Positions 30,483 to 41,127 of a stretch of DNA of 64,000 bases are shown in pieces; position 1 is the stretch's first letter, and each line of letters starts with the position of its first letter. A program made the translations under genes and the position numbers. The notes under the pieces were generated by a model. The model was not told the DNA's origin, searched no databases, and saw nothing but the letters and a program-made list of their open reading frames with translations. Source of the DNA: Candidatus Zixiibacteriota bacterium (GTDB lineage: Bacteria > Zixibacteria > MSB-5A5 > WJJR01); NCBI GenBank assembly GCA_036397555.1, contig DASWIS010000031.1, forward strand, positions 80,052-144,051, given 5' to 3'.

Positions 30483-31223
30483 ATGACATCGACGACGAGT
30501 CAGAATCCGCCCCGCCCCAAAACCCCCGAACGCCACGGCTTCGGTCGTACGGTCTGGGAGTACACCAAATCGTTGGGTATCGCCCTGGTTCTGGCGATTG
30601 TGATCAAGACATCGATCGTGGAGGCGTACAAGATCCCGTCCGGTTCGATGGAAGACACGCTTCTGGTCGGCGACTTTCTGCTCGCCAACAAATTCGTGTA
30701 TGGATCCCGGATACCCCTCCTGGACATCCGACTCCCGGCGTTGCGTGATCCGAAGCCCGGCGACGTTGTGATCTTCAAGTTTCCGCGCGACCCCTCGGTC
30801 AACTATATCAAGCGCTGCATCGCGACCGGGGGACAAACCGTCGAAGTTCGCAACAAACGTCTCTATGTCGACGGCGACTATGTGCCCTTGCCCCCGGAGG
30901 GAAAGTACACCAGCGGCGAACAGATCGAACCGGCGGGGCGCAGCCCGCGCGACAACTTCGGCCCCTATACGGTTCCCGAAAACAGCTTCTTCATGATGGG
31001 GGACAACCGCGACAACTCATTTGACTCACGCTTCTGGCTGGCGGTGCCGCGCGATCTGATTCAGGGACAGGCGATGGTCATCCACTGGTCCTGGTCCCAG
31101 GACGAGGACGCGCCGGAGTGGACGTGGAGCAACCCGGCATCGCTGGCGGGTGCGCTGCTGTACAACAGCGTTCACTTCATCGAGAGAGTGCGATGGAACC
31201 GCTTCGGGCAGATCATTCGCTGA
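30483..31223 (+). CDS. lepB: signal peptidase I
   Basis: SGSMEDTL (catalytic Ser) and KRCIA/GDNRDNS boxes; ATG 30483 (GTG 30459 is an alternative). Confidence 0.8.
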   Translation: MTSTTSQNPPRPKTPERHGFGRTVWEYTKSLGIALVLAIVIKTSIVEAYKIPSGSMEDTLLVGDFLLANKFVYGSRIPLLDIRLPALRDPKPGDVVIFKFPRDPSVNYIKRCIATGGQTVEVRNKRLYVDGDYVPLPPEGKYTSGEQIEPAGRSPRDNFGPYTVPENSFFMMGDNRDNSFDSRFWLAVPRDLIQGQAMVIHWSWSQDEDAPEWTWSNPASLAGALLYNSVHFIERVRWNRFGQIIR

Positions 31224-31254
31224 TGCCCTTCGGCAGGAAACGCCGGAAGACGAA

Positions 31255-32727
31255 TCACAGTTCGGTGTGGGACAGATCGTAGTCTTTAATCTTGTACAGC
31301 AGTGAACGGTAGCTGATTTCCAGTATCTCCGCCGCTTTACGGCGATTCCAGTTCACCTTCCTCAGCACCTCGGCAATCAGCCCGCGTTCCTCTCGTTCCA
31401 CGGCGGCGGAGACGCGCTTTTTCAACGAGTACCCGAAGTCCTCCTGCGGCCCGGTGGGATTGAAGTTTCGCGCCGCCGCCTGAGTCCGCGGCCCGCGCGC
31501 CGCGCTGGTCAGCAGTTCTTCGATGATCGACTCGTCGCTGCGGACGACAACCTGTTTGATCAAGTTTTCCAATTGGCGGACGTTTCCGGGCCACGCGTAT
31601 TCCATCAGCTTGCGCATCGTTGTCGCCGACAGACCCGGCAGCGACCGATTGTAAACACCGTTGTACTTATCGAGAAAGAACTGCATCAGCAGCGGAATGT
31701 CTTCGACACGCTCCCGCAGCGGCGGCAGCGTAACCGTGACCTCGTTGAGGCGGTAGTACAAATCCTCGCGCATGGCGCGCTCGGCGATGGCGTCTTCCAG
31801 GTCGCGGTTGGTGGCGCAGACGATGCGAACATCGACTTTGATCGTGGTCAGTCCGCCGACGCGGACGAATTCCTGCTGCTCAAGCACCTGCAAAAGCTTC
31901 GGCTGCAATTCTAACGGCATGTCGCCGATCTCATCGAGAAACATCGTGCTTTTGTCGGCGGTCTCAAAGCGCCCCGGTTTGGTCTTGTGCGCGCCGGTGA
32001 AGGCGCCGCGCTCGTAGCCGAACAACTCGGCTTCGAGCAAATCACGAGGAATCGCTGCACAGTTGACCTTGGTGAACTCGCGGTCGGATCGCGCGGACGC
32101 AGTATGGATCATGCGGGCGACGACTTCCTTGCCGGTGCCGCTCTCGCCGCGAATGAGCACCGTCAGATCGCTGTCGGCGATCTCGTCGAGCGTTTCTTTG
32201 ACTCTTTGAATCACCGGTGAGTCGCCGACGAGATTCTCGAATCGGTTTTGCAGCCGTAGCTTCAGACGCGCGTTTTCATCGATGATTGCGACGCGCTCGA
32301 ATGCCTTCTCCAGATGGATGGCCACTTCCTGCGAGTCGAACGGCTTGCTGATAAACTCCATGGCCCCAAGCTGGATCGCCGCGGCGACCGTATCCGATTC
32401 CCCGTGCCCGGAGAGCATGATGACGGGCAGAGATTCCTTGGCCGAACGCAGCCGTTCGAGAACATCCAGCCCCGACAGACCGGGCATCCGGACATCCAGC
32501 AGGATCAGGTCGGGATGCCGCTGCGAGGCCATCTGGATGCCCTCGTAGCCGTCGTTCGCTTCGAGAATCTCGTAACGGTCGGACAACTGCTCGGAGAGAA
32601 TCCAACGGACCTTCGGGTCATCGTCGATGACCAGAATCTTGCGGCGATTCTCGTCCACCGCACCCTCGGCGGGTCCGCCGGGCATGGCCGAAGGTCCTCT
32701 TGGGAGGGTTGAATTCTTCTGCATCAT
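31255..32727 (-). CDS. sigma-54-dependent response regulator (NtrC family): REC + AAA+ + Fis HTH
   Basis: REC DDD/K pattern, GESGTGKE Walker A, GAFTGA, C-terminal HTH. Confidence 0.85.
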   Translation of the reverse strand: MMQKNSTLPRGPSAMPGGPAEGAVDENRRKILVIDDDPKVRWILSEQLSDRYEILEANDGYEGIQMASQRHPDLILLDVRMPGLSGLDVLERLRSAKESLPVIMLSGHGESDTVAAAIQLGAMEFISKPFDSQEVAIHLEKAFERVAIIDENARLKLRLQNRFENLVGDSPVIQRVKETLDEIADSDLTVLIRGESGTGKEVVARMIHTASARSDREFTKVNCAAIPRDLLEAELFGYERGAFTGAHKTKPGRFETADKSTMFLDEIGDMPLELQPKLLQVLEQQEFVRVGGLTTIKVDVRIVCATNRDLEDAIAERAMREDLYYRLNEVTVTLPPLRERVEDIPLLMQFFLDKYNGVYNRSLPGLSATTMRKLMEYAWPGNVRQLENLIKQVVVRSDESIIEELLTSAARGPRTQAAARNFNPTGPQEDFGYSLKKRVSAAVEREERGLIAEVLRKVNWNRRKAAEILEISYRSLLYKIKDYDLSHTEL

Positions 32728-32805
32728 TTGGATTATCGGCTGCCGCGTGTACGATCTGTACCAGATTCTGCAATCGGCCGCAGCCGCCCGCGATTCTGGG
32801 GATCG

Positions 32806-34986
32806 TCAGCGAACCGGGAAGCGAATCGTAAACGTCGTTCCCTGCCCCGGCGTGCTGGCGACACTGATCTGTCCGTCGAAGGCATTGACGATCCGTTGCA
32901 CGATCGGCAGCCCCAGCCCGGTCCCGCTCTCTTTGGTGGAATAGTAACGTTCGAAGATGCGATCGAGCTCGCGTTGCGAGAGTCCCGGCCCCGTGTCGGC
33001 GATGGCGATGACGACCTGGTCGGTGCCGCCGTTGTATCCCGGTTCCGTATAGGCGAGAACCGTGAGCGTGCCGCCGTCGGACATCGCATCGACCGCGTTC
33101 ATCAGCACGTTGAGGAGCGCTTCGGTCAGTTTATTGTCGTCGCAGAATATCGAGGGCAGCGTGGAGGGGATGTCAGGTCGAATCTCGATCCGGTTGCGCC
33201 GTGCCGACGACTCCGCCAGATCGATCGCGCGCAGGATGATGGGGCGCGGATCACGACGATGCGTGCGGTAGCGACGCGGATTGGAGAAGTCGACCAATTC
33301 CGTGACCAGTCCCGCCAGCCGCACGATCTCGCGCTCGGTGTCGGCGAGTATTTCGCGCGCCTTCGGGTTGGTCGGAAACTGCTGCATGAGCACCTGCAGA
33401 CTGCCGCGGATGCTGGTCAGCGGCCGGCGCAAATCGTGTGAGATCTCCGAGATCATGTTGCCCATCGTGACCAGGCGCGACGCGTTCAGGAGCGCACGCT
33501 GCCGCTCGAATATGCGCTCGGCCTGTGCGCCGACCAGCTCGGCCAGGCGACGTTCTTCTTCCGTGAAGGGCCGGTCATTATGGCGGATGATCGCAAAGAC
33601 GCCCAACGGCTGGTCGGCCGATCGCACGGGGACGGTCAGCAATGCCCCGGCCTCCGGCTTCCATTCGGCCTGTGCGAGTGCCCGCGCCACTGCGCCCTCG
33701 CAAGTTTCGTGATCGTTTACGGTATTCGGCTCCAGCGCCTCGGACATCGGGACCGACGCATACTCTCCCGCCGGATGCAACGTGTCGGTATCCAGCCGCA
33801 GGATCTGCTCGGCCTGATCCCAACGCCACCACTGCAGGCAATCCGACAACAAGAGGTCATCGAATGCGGCGAAGACGGCCATCACCATCTGTCCGGTGCG
33901 TTCGACACGCGACAGCCGTTCGGCGAGCAAGTGGATCGCCGAGACTTCGTTGAGTCGCTGTCGCAACTCCTGATAATGACGGGCGTCGTCGATGGCGATA
34001 GCGACTTGCGACGCCAGCGTTGCCAGCAATCGCAAATCATCGGGGCAGAATGCGGTTCGATTCAGCCGATCGGAAAGACAGATGACGCCGAGCGTTGAGT
34101 TGGGCGTCTTCAACGGCGCCGCGATGAGCGACTTGGTCTCGAATTGCGGCCGGTTCTTGTGCCCGAATCGTTCGTCCGTTTCGACGTCTTCGACAAGGAT
34201 CGGCTCGCCGCTGGCGGCCACCAGCCCGGCCACCGACGATCCCAGCGGTATCTCGACCTGCGGGAAGCGCGTTGCATAGGCGCCGGTTGCCGCCTCGACC
34301 GTCAGCACGTCGCGTTCGCGGTCCAGCAACAAAATCGACCCGTACCCGGCCCCGACAACGGCCGTTGCCCGTCTGAGAATCGACTCGAGCAGTTCCGGAA
34401 GCTCGGCCGTGCTCGACAAGGTCTGTGATACTTCGTGGATGGCATTGAGCTCGGCGACGCGGCGACGGAGCCCGTCGTTGGCACTCGTCAACTGTACCGT
34501 CAGTTCGAGCTGGGTCGCATATAGACGTCGCTGCTGCGTCGCGCGCCGGATTACCGAGCGCAGATTGTTTGCATTGATCGGTTTGAGGAGACAATCGTAG
34601 ATGTGCAGCCCGACCGTATTCATGACTGCCTCGGTGTCATCCGCCGATGAAACGACGATCAGCGGCAGCCAGGCGTCGAGATTGCGCAGGTTCTCAATCA
34701 ATCCCTCCAGCCGGGAGCGGGCGGACTCCGAATCGATCAGCACGACATCGATGGGACAATCAGCTTGTTGGACGGTTTGCAATGCGGCGGCCGGATTCCC
34801 GGATCGCAAGAGCGTGTGCCCGTCGGCCTGCAGTATCTCGGACATCCGCACGCCCGCCGGCGAGTCGCCGCAGACGAACAGAACACGGCTGCGCGCCGAT
34901 TGCATGTCTGTGCCCGTGAAAGGGACCGGGGCGACTGGCTGTAGCGGTTGTGGCATGCCGATAACGGTGTCCCACGCGGAGGACAC
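32806..34986 (-). CDS. hybrid sensor histidine kinase (REC-like N-domain, GAF, HisKA, HATPase_c)
   Basis: H-box ISHDLRRPLTSI, N/G boxes (NAVDAM, DTGPGL, GTGLGL); GAF between; an N-terminal receiver-like domain is included. Confidence 0.8.
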   Translation of the reverse strand: MSSAWDTVIGMPQPLQPVAPVPFTGTDMQSARSRVLFVCGDSPAGVRMSEILQADGHTLLRSGNPAAALQTVQQADCPIDVVLIDSESARSRLEGLIENLRNLDAWLPLIVVSSADDTEAVMNTVGLHIYDCLLKPINANNLRSVIRRATQQRRLYATQLELTVQLTSANDGLRRRVAELNAIHEVSQTLSSTAELPELLESILRRATAVVGAGYGSILLLDRERDVLTVEAATGAYATRFPQVEIPLGSSVAGLVAASGEPILVEDVETDERFGHKNRPQFETKSLIAAPLKTPNSTLGVICLSDRLNRTAFCPDDLRLLATLASQVAIAIDDARHYQELRQRLNEVSAIHLLAERLSRVERTGQMVMAVFAAFDDLLLSDCLQWWRWDQAEQILRLDTDTLHPAGEYASVPMSEALEPNTVNDHETCEGAVARALAQAEWKPEAGALLTVPVRSADQPLGVFAIIRHNDRPFTEEERRLAELVGAQAERIFERQRALLNASRLVTMGNMISEISHDLRRPLTSIRGSLQVLMQQFPTNPKAREILADTEREIVRLAGLVTELVDFSNPRRYRTHRRDPRPIILRAIDLAESSARRNRIEIRPDIPSTLPSIFCDDNKLTEALLNVLMNAVDAMSDGGTLTVLAYTEPGYNGGTDQVVIAIADTGPGLSQRELDRIFERYYSTKESGTGLGLPIVQRIVNAFDGQISVASTPGQGTTFTIRFPVR

Positions 34987-35081
34987 CCCTGATCTTTATC
35001 GGCTGATTACGGTCGGGACCCGACACCGGGACGCGCCGTCAGGACGCGCTAAGACGGAGCGGTACAACAGCAGGAAGGCGG

Positions 35082-35498
35082 CTACACAGAGTCTGAGACG
35101 GCGGGTGAGGCGTGCGGATTCTCCTCCTCGGCCTCTTCTAAGCCCTGGTATTTGGACGGGCATTTGACAAGGAGCTGTTCGGCGACAAAAGTCCCGTGCT
35201 CAAATCGGCCGCGACAGACGACATCTTTGGCCTGATCGAAGTTCCCCGGCGTGACACCCTGGTACGCCACCGGCATCATGTGCCCCTCTTCATCGACGAT
35301 GGAAAAGTGCAATGTCCCGTTGGCGTGGTCGTACCGCACTTGGTCCTTGTCGATCTCTCCCATGACCTGGCACGATCGATCCAACCCCTTGGCTTGGGCG
35401 ATGCTGACGTACGGCGTCACCGACCCGCGAAAGGCCACCGCGGCAACTGCGCCGCAAACCGCGATGATGGAGAGACCGACAACGTAACGCTTGTTCAT
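35082..35498 (-). CDS. ccmE: cytochrome c-type biogenesis heme chaperone CcmE
   Basis: N-terminal TM anchor, OB fold, LVKCPSKY C-terminal heme-binding region; AAAGGA RBS; ATG 35498 (the ORF-track start 35564 adds an unlikely 22 aa). Confidence 0.75.
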   Translation of the reverse strand: MNKRYVVGLSIIAVCGAVAAVAFRGSVTPYVSIAQAKGLDRSCQVMGEIDKDQVRYDHANGTLHFSIVDEEGHMMPVAYQGVTPGNFDQAKDVVCRGRFEHGTFVAEQLLVKCPSKYQGLEEAEEENPHASPAVSDSV

Positions 35499-35605
35499 TC
35501 CGAGTCCTTTCGTCTGTTGATACGACGGTCGACGCGCAGAAGATACCAAACGACGCCTGTCCATGTCACCAGGACTGCCACCATCGCGGACATTGTGTCA
35601 TTCAT
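35495..35605 (-). CDS. ccmD: heme exporter protein D (tiny single-TM CcmD)
   Basis: 36-aa ORF MNDTMSAMVAVLVTWTGVVWYLLRVDRRINRRKDSE, 8-nt overlap with the ccmC stop and ATGA overlap with the ccmE start. Confidence 0.4.
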   Translation of the reverse strand: MNDTMSAMVAVLVTWTGVVWYLLRVDRRINRRKDSE

Positions 35606-36275
35606 CGGTTGCCGCTCCAACTGTATCGCCCACCCTCGCCGCGGCTGTTCCAAGATCAAGCAGCCATACGTAGAGTAATGCAAATCCGATTATTGAACTG
35701 GCAAAAACCGCTCCCACGGCTCCGGACATGTTGGAACTGCCGGCCGAGAGGACCACTTGATTGGCATCACCGTGCAAAGAGGTATAAAGCCGGGGGAGCA
35801 CGAAATACAAGAACGGTGAGATGGCTCCGGCCATGATCAGATAGACTGCGGACAGACGGCGTCGGACTTCGACATCACCCGTGGCCTGTCTGAGGGCAAA
35901 AAACGCCCCGTAGATGAGGATCATCACAAAGAGAAACAACTGACGCGGATCCCAGTTCCAATAGGCGCCCCATGCCTGCCGCGCCCACAAGGCACCGGTG
36001 ATACTGGCGACGATGGAGAAGGTCAGTCCCAGTTCTGCCGAGGTCGCCGCCCGATGGTCGTGAGACACCCGACGCGTACGCAGGTATGAGACTCCGTAAA
36101 CGGCGGCCACGATGAACGCGACAAACGACATTTGTGCCATCGGGACGTGGAAGAAGAAGATACGTGAAGCCTCCTTGCCCGATTGCATGGAAGCCAGCGG
36201 CGGCGGCATCGTAAACGCCAGCACGACCACCGCCGTGATCAGCACGATCGCGCCTGCGCGAATCAAATCCATCAT
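35598..36275 (-). CDS. ccmC: heme exporter protein C
   Basis: WGAYWNWDPRQ tryptophan-rich (WWD) motif; 6-TM pattern. Confidence 0.85.
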   Translation of the reverse strand: MMDLIRAGAIVLITAVVVLAFTMPPPLASMQSGKEASRIFFFHVPMAQMSFVAFIVAAVYGVSYLRTRRVSHDHRAATSAELGLTFSIVASITGALWARQAWGAYWNWDPRQLFLFVMILIYGAFFALRQATGDVEVRRRLSAVYLIMAGAISPFLYFVLPRLYTSLHGDANQVVLSAGSSNMSGAVGAVFASSIIGFALLYVWLLDLGTAAARVGDTVGAATDE

Positions 36276-36377
36276 GAGGTCATTATCCCGTCATGTCACG
36301 ACGCCCGGTCGCCCGGTGTCACAATTATACTCTAAAAACCGGATGATCTCTGTCAACATATGCCGGATTTGACAGCT

Positions 36378-37037
36378 TCATCCTCGCCATACGAACGGAA
36401 ACAACAGCCATCCAGCCGTCGTGGTCACGACCGCGTAAGCCCCCAGCACCATCAACGAGTCGCCGACCGACGAGCCGGGGTCACCGCCGAGCGCAAATTC
36501 GGTCGCACGGATCGCTACAATCAACAAGGGGAGAAGCAGCGGCAGCGCCAGAACTGAAAAGAGCGCCCCACGAACGTTTGCGGCGGCAACCACGGCGCCC
36601 AGCAGTGTCACGATTGAGACCAGGCCGACGCCACCGAGAGCCATTGTGACCGACCAGACTATCCAATCGTCAACCGTCAGCCCAAGCAGGAGGGGCGAGA
36701 GCAGCGACAAAATCACCTGCAGACCGATCACCAGAACCATGTTAAATGCCCACTTGCCGAAGAAAACGGCATCGGCCGAGGCGGTCAGCTTCAAAAACGT
36801 CTCTGTCTTAGTCTCCGATTCTTTGACAAACGCATGGGCCAACGATGACAGCGCCGAAAACATCGTGATAATCCACACAAACACAGCCGCCCACATCGGA
36901 GTCAGTCCGATGCCGCCCGACGCAAACGACAAAGCCGCCATCGTCGCCAGCGCAAAAAGCAATAGCCCGTTGAGCGCATAGCGGGTCCTGCACTCCGACC
37001 GCAGATCCTTCTGGAAGATCGCCAAAAACTCAATCAT
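36378..37037 (-). CDS. ccmB: heme exporter protein B (ABC permease)
   Basis: 6-TM CcmB-like; ATG 37037 (MIEFLAIFQKDL) overlaps the ccmA end by 8 nt; the long ORF-track N-extension is Arg/Pro-rich and overlaps ccmA. Confidence 0.7.
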   Translation of the reverse strand: MIEFLAIFQKDLRSECRTRYALNGLLLFALATMAALSFASGGIGLTPMWAAVFVWIITMFSALSSLAHAFVKESETKTETFLKLTASADAVFFGKWAFNMVLVIGLQVILSLLSPLLLGLTVDDWIVWSVTMALGGVGLVSIVTLLGAVVAAANVRGALFSVLALPLLLPLLIVAIRATEFALGGDPGSSVGDSLMVLGAYAVVTTTAGWLLFPFVWRG

Positions 37038-37692
37038 CGGTTTCCCAGCCGCCAACCGGACCCATGCGCACACGCCGTGAGGCACGGCGGGCCTCCGCGA
37101 CGTCGTTGGTGGCAAACAGGATCGCAGCCCCGCTCGCCAGCGCCTGGCGCCACACGAGCTCGACTCCCTCCGGATCGAGACCAGTGGTCGGCTCATCGAG
37201 GAGCAACAGGGAGGGTCGCTTCAGGAGTGCCACGCACAACTTGAGACGTTGCTTCATTCCCGATGAGTAGGTGGCGACACGTTCGTCGCCTCGCCCCGCC
37301 AATCCGAACTCAGCGAGTGCATCGCCCAACTGCTTGTAATCCTGGTGCATTCGACTGAGTCGAGCCGCCAACCTCAGGTTTTCCAACGCGGTGAGTTCAT
37401 CGTAGAGAGCCAGATCCGCGGAGACCATGCCGACCGATTTGTGGAGACGATTCGACGACAAAACCTGCCCCGCGTAACGGTGCGATACTGAGCCGCTGTC
37501 GGGACGCGTCAATCCCGCAATTATTCTCAGGAATGTCGATTTTCCCGATCCGTTTGGCCCGACGACCGCAACCAGCTCGCCCGGCGCCGCGGTCAGATTG
37601 ATGTCGTGGCAGATGACCCGGCGGCCATAGGATTTTGAGAGATTCTCGACTTCGAGATTGTAGTTGGTCACCGGTCCCGTTCCCATCGCCAC
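37030..37692 (-). CDS. ccmA: heme exporter ATP-binding protein CcmA
   Basis: Walker A GPNGSGKST, ABC signature YSSGMKQR, Walker B LLLLDEP; heads the ccmABCDE cluster. Confidence 0.8.
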   Translation of the reverse strand: MAMGTGPVTNYNLEVENLSKSYGRRVICHDINLTAAPGELVAVVGPNGSGKSTFLRIIAGLTRPDSGSVSHRYAGQVLSSNRLHKSVGMVSADLALYDELTALENLRLAARLSRMHQDYKQLGDALAEFGLAGRGDERVATYSSGMKQRLKLCVALLKRPSLLLLDEPTTGLDPEGVELVWRQALASGAAILFATNDVAEARRASRRVRMGPVGGWETDD

Positions 37693-37903
37693 CTCCGATT
37701 CGGCCCCGGCAGACCTACGCGGACCTGAAGGTCACCCAATGTACTGTGAGCCGCTCGCGATGAAAAGGGAACACCCACGCGGTTGTTCCTCGTATCATGG
37801 GACAGCCATTGCACGCTGGCGACCGGGTTCTTGACAAACCGGACGTCGGTAAGGTGATTGGGCCGGCAAGCGATAGTCGGGGGCCATCAGAACAAGGCGA
37901 TCG

Positions 37904-40822
37904 ATGCCAGAGAAAAGCCTCGTCGGACAGACAATTAAGCACTACGAGATTACCGAACGGCTCGGCGCTGGCGGGATGGGCGAGGTCTATCTGGCCACCG
38001 ATGCCAAGCTGAGACGCAAAGTTGCGCTGAAATTCCTGCCACGTGAATTCGCCGACGATCCCGAACGCCGTCGTCGTTTGGAGATCGAAGCCACATCGGC
38101 GTCGTCGCTGGATCACCCGAACATCATGACGATTTACGAGATCGACGAGTGCGACGGTCGGCCGTTCATCGCGATGTCGTATGTCGAAGGCATGACGCTG
38201 CGCGAGACAATCGACGCGGGCGTCACGCTCGAAGACGCGGTGCGCTACGGTGTGCAGTTGGCCGCCGCATTGGCCGCGGCCCACGCACAGGGCATCGTCC
38301 ACCGCGATGTCAAACCCGCCAACGTCATCATCGGCAACGACCGCCGTCTGCGGCTGGCCGACTTTGGGCTCGCGCGCCTGAAGGAGTCCTCGGGGATCAC
38401 CACCGAGGGGAGCACAGTCGGCACGGTGGGCTACATGTCCCCGGAGCAGGCGCAGGGAATGGCCGTCGACAGCCGTTCCGATGTTTTCTCACTCGGAGTC
38501 ATCCTCTACGAGATGTTGGCCAGGGAGCGGCCGTTTGCGGCGGAACATGCCGCCGCGGCACTGTATTCCATCGTACACGAGAATCCCCAGCCGCTACGGG
38601 ATCGTAATCCTGATGTCCCACCCGAACTGGCCGCCATCGTCGAACGAGCATTGGTGAAGGATCCTCGCGGACGGTTCGCGGACGGGTCGGAAATCGAGTC
38701 CGCATTGCGTCTGTCCGCGCAGTCGCTGGAGATTTCCCGATTGTCATCGGGCAACATTGCCGCCTTCAAAGCGGCGCGTCGTACACGGATCGGCTGGGCG
38801 GTCGCGGGTGTGACCGCCATCCTCATTGGATTGGCCGGGGCCGCTCTGGGGCTGATACCGGCAGTCATCTCGCCGCAGACCGAGACGGCGCAGGCGAGTC
38901 TGAGCACCGTCGCCGTCATGCGATTCGAGAACTTAAGCGAAGCCGATGATCCCGATCGCCTGGGCGATATCATCGCCGAACTGCTGACGACCGATCTGTC
39001 CGGTTCATCCTACGTCACCGTCGTTTCCAGCCAATTGCTCTTTGATCTGATGCGCAAAGAATCGCCCGAGCGCGCCGCCGCCGATCGCGCGACCGACCTG
39101 CGTGTGGCGCGCCGCGCCGGTGCCGATCGCATGCTGACCGGTTCGCTGTCACGGCTGGGAGGACGCACGATCATCACGGCCCAGATCGTCGATTGCGAGT
39201 CCGGAGACGTGCTCGGGTCGGAAAGAGTCGACGGCGACGATGTCTTTGCGATGATCGACAACCTCTCGATCCGCATCAAACGTCGACTGGGTCTCACCGA
39301 CGTTGAAGCGGCAGCGGGTGACATGCCCGTCGCCGAGGCGACCACGAGCGACCCTGAGGCGTACCGCGCCTATGTCAGCGGCATGGATCACTACCACGCC
39401 CTGGAGTGGCAGGAGGCGCACGAGGAGTTCGATCGCGCGCTGGCACGCGACTCGGGATTCGCGCTCGCCTACCTGCGCAAGGGGGTCGCCTACTTCTCCG
39501 ATGGGCAGCAGGCAAGGGGATTTCAGACGATGGCGCAGGCCCGGCACCACATGGAGCGGACCACCGGGTGTGACCGGCTTATTTTTAAGGCGATGGTCGT
39601 CGAATGGTGCGGCAATCTGGACATGAAAGCGGCGATGAAAACGTTGAAGCAGGCGACCGTCGAGTTTCCGACCCAGAAAGAGGCGCCCTTCTGGGTGGCC
39701 AATTTCTCACTGGGAGAAAACCAGTTCGACTCGGCCATCCACTACTCGCAAAAGGCGCTCGCCCTGGACCCCGACTATCCCTTCGCGCTGTTGACGGAAA
39801 CCGTGGCCCTGATCGAACAGCAGCGTTATTCCGAGGCGCGTCGTGTGGCGGAACACTTTCGCCAGGTGCGTCCGGAGGACGCATTGCCGTATGAGTTGCT
39901 CGGCGACATCTGGCGAAAAAAAGGCAACCTCGACTCAGCGCGTGTCTACTACATGCAGACGGTGACGGTCGCGCCCGACAGCCGCGACGGATACCGTGAA
40001 ATGGCGCGCATTCACATGCTTCAGGGACGCCCTGATTCGGCCATCGCCTGGAGTGAGCGGATGCTGAAGCAGGACAATCCATTCACGCGCGTCGTCGCGC
40101 TGCGCAACATCGCTTCGATCCACAAGGCCTGGGGACGCTTTGACGAAGCGCTGAAGTACTACAAATGGTCCGACGCCCTTTGTGACTCCGCCGAGTTGAG
40201 GAATCAGCGTGCGGTCACGCACAACAGCATCGCCAGTCTGTACTTTGACGCCGACCACCTTGACGAGGCGGTTCGCTATGCGCAGGCGACCGCCGAGTTC
40301 GACACCATCAATCCGTCCGGGCTCTATTTTGAGGCATACATGCAGGCGATTCGCGGTAACAAGGAGCGTGCGCAGTTCCTGGTCGATTCGCTCAACGCCA
40401 AATGGACCGGCCGGTTCGAAGACTTCTTCCTGCAATCGGCCACTCACACGATCGCCGCACACGAGGCCGTCTTGTCCGGACGCTATCAAGTCGCGATCCA
40501 GGAGTTCCTCGAAGGGCGACGGCTGCGGCGAGACTCGACCGATGCCCGCATCTACCTCGGCGAAGCGTATCTGCTGGCCGGACAAATCGACGATGCCGTC
40601 CGCGAACTGGAAGCCAACCGCCGCGAGGCCGAAATCGAGTGGATTTCCGGCGAATACCTGCGCGGATTGTATCTGTTAGCCCAGGCCTATCAAGCCGACG
40701 GGCGCCAGCAGGATGCAGTCACCACGCTCGAACGGCTCCTCGCATTCTGGGGCGAAGCTGACTGGAATGTGCCGTGGATGCTAAACGCCAAGCGGCTATA
40801 TGGCAGTCTGACCGCGCAGTGA
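37904..40822 (+). CDS. Ser/Thr protein kinase with TM segment, TolB-like region and C-terminal TPR repeats
   Basis: Hanks motifs GAGGMGEVY, VALK, HRDVKPAN, DFG, SPE; TM around WAVAGVTAILIGLAGAALGLI; TPR-like repeats in the C-terminal 550 aa. Confidence 0.85.
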   Translation: MPEKSLVGQTIKHYEITERLGAGGMGEVYLATDAKLRRKVALKFLPREFADDPERRRRLEIEATSASSLDHPNIMTIYEIDECDGRPFIAMSYVEGMTLRETIDAGVTLEDAVRYGVQLAAALAAAHAQGIVHRDVKPANVIIGNDRRLRLADFGLARLKESSGITTEGSTVGTVGYMSPEQAQGMAVDSRSDVFSLGVILYEMLARERPFAAEHAAAALYSIVHENPQPLRDRNPDVPPELAAIVERALVKDPRGRFADGSEIESALRLSAQSLEISRLSSGNIAAFKAARRTRIGWAVAGVTAILIGLAGAALGLIPAVISPQTETAQASLSTVAVMRFENLSEADDPDRLGDIIAELLTTDLSGSSYVTVVSSQLLFDLMRKESPERAAADRATDLRVARRAGADRMLTGSLSRLGGRTIITAQIVDCESGDVLGSERVDGDDVFAMIDNLSIRIKRRLGLTDVEAAAGDMPVAEATTSDPEAYRAYVSGMDHYHALEWQEAHEEFDRALARDSGFALAYLRKGVAYFSDGQQARGFQTMAQARHHMERTTGCDRLIFKAMVVEWCGNLDMKAAMKTLKQATVEFPTQKEAPFWVANFSLGENQFDSAIHYSQKALALDPDYPFALLTETVALIEQQRYSEARRVAEHFRQVRPEDALPYELLGDIWRKKGNLDSARVYYMQTVTVAPDSRDGYREMARIHMLQGRPDSAIAWSERMLKQDNPFTRVVALRNIASIHKAWGRFDEALKYYKWSDALCDSAELRNQRAVTHNSIASLYFDADHLDEAVRYAQATAEFDTINPSGLYFEAYMQAIRGNKERAQFLVDSLNAKWTGRFEDFFLQSATHTIAAHEAVLSGRYQVAIQEFLEGRRLRRDSTDARIYLGEAYLLAGQIDDAVRELEANRREAEIEWISGEYLRGLYLLAQAYQADGRQQDAVTTLERLLAFWGEADWNVPWMLNAKRLYGSLTAQ

Positions 40823-40868
40823 GGCAACCTCATGTTGGGTCACCATCCCGCATTGTTCGCAGAATCAG

Positions 40869-40943
40869 CGTCCCCAACGAGATTCGAACTCGTGTTACCG
40901 CCGTGAAAGGGCGGTGTCCTAGACCGGGCTAGACGATGGGGAC
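40869..40943 (-). tRNA. tRNA-Glu (anticodon TTC)
   Basis: The reverse complement reads GTCCCCATCGTCTAG...CGCCCTTTCACGGCG...GGTTCGAATC...TGGGGACG. Cloverleaf with 7-bp acceptor; anticodon loop CTTTCAC; no encoded CCA. Confidence 0.8.
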
Positions 40944-41127
40944 GCGCCGCTTCAGCCCGCCTTGGGCGTTCTGAGACCCGCCAGATAACCGCCCAACCGC
41001 TTGTCTGTCAAGCGGAATGCCGCCACGGAGCCGGTTCCCAAACGTGCCCGTCAGTGTGAGACCGTCTTGCGCCTCCGCCAAAACAGCGTTTGAACAACAC
41101 ATTATCGCATAATAGATTATCCGGCGG

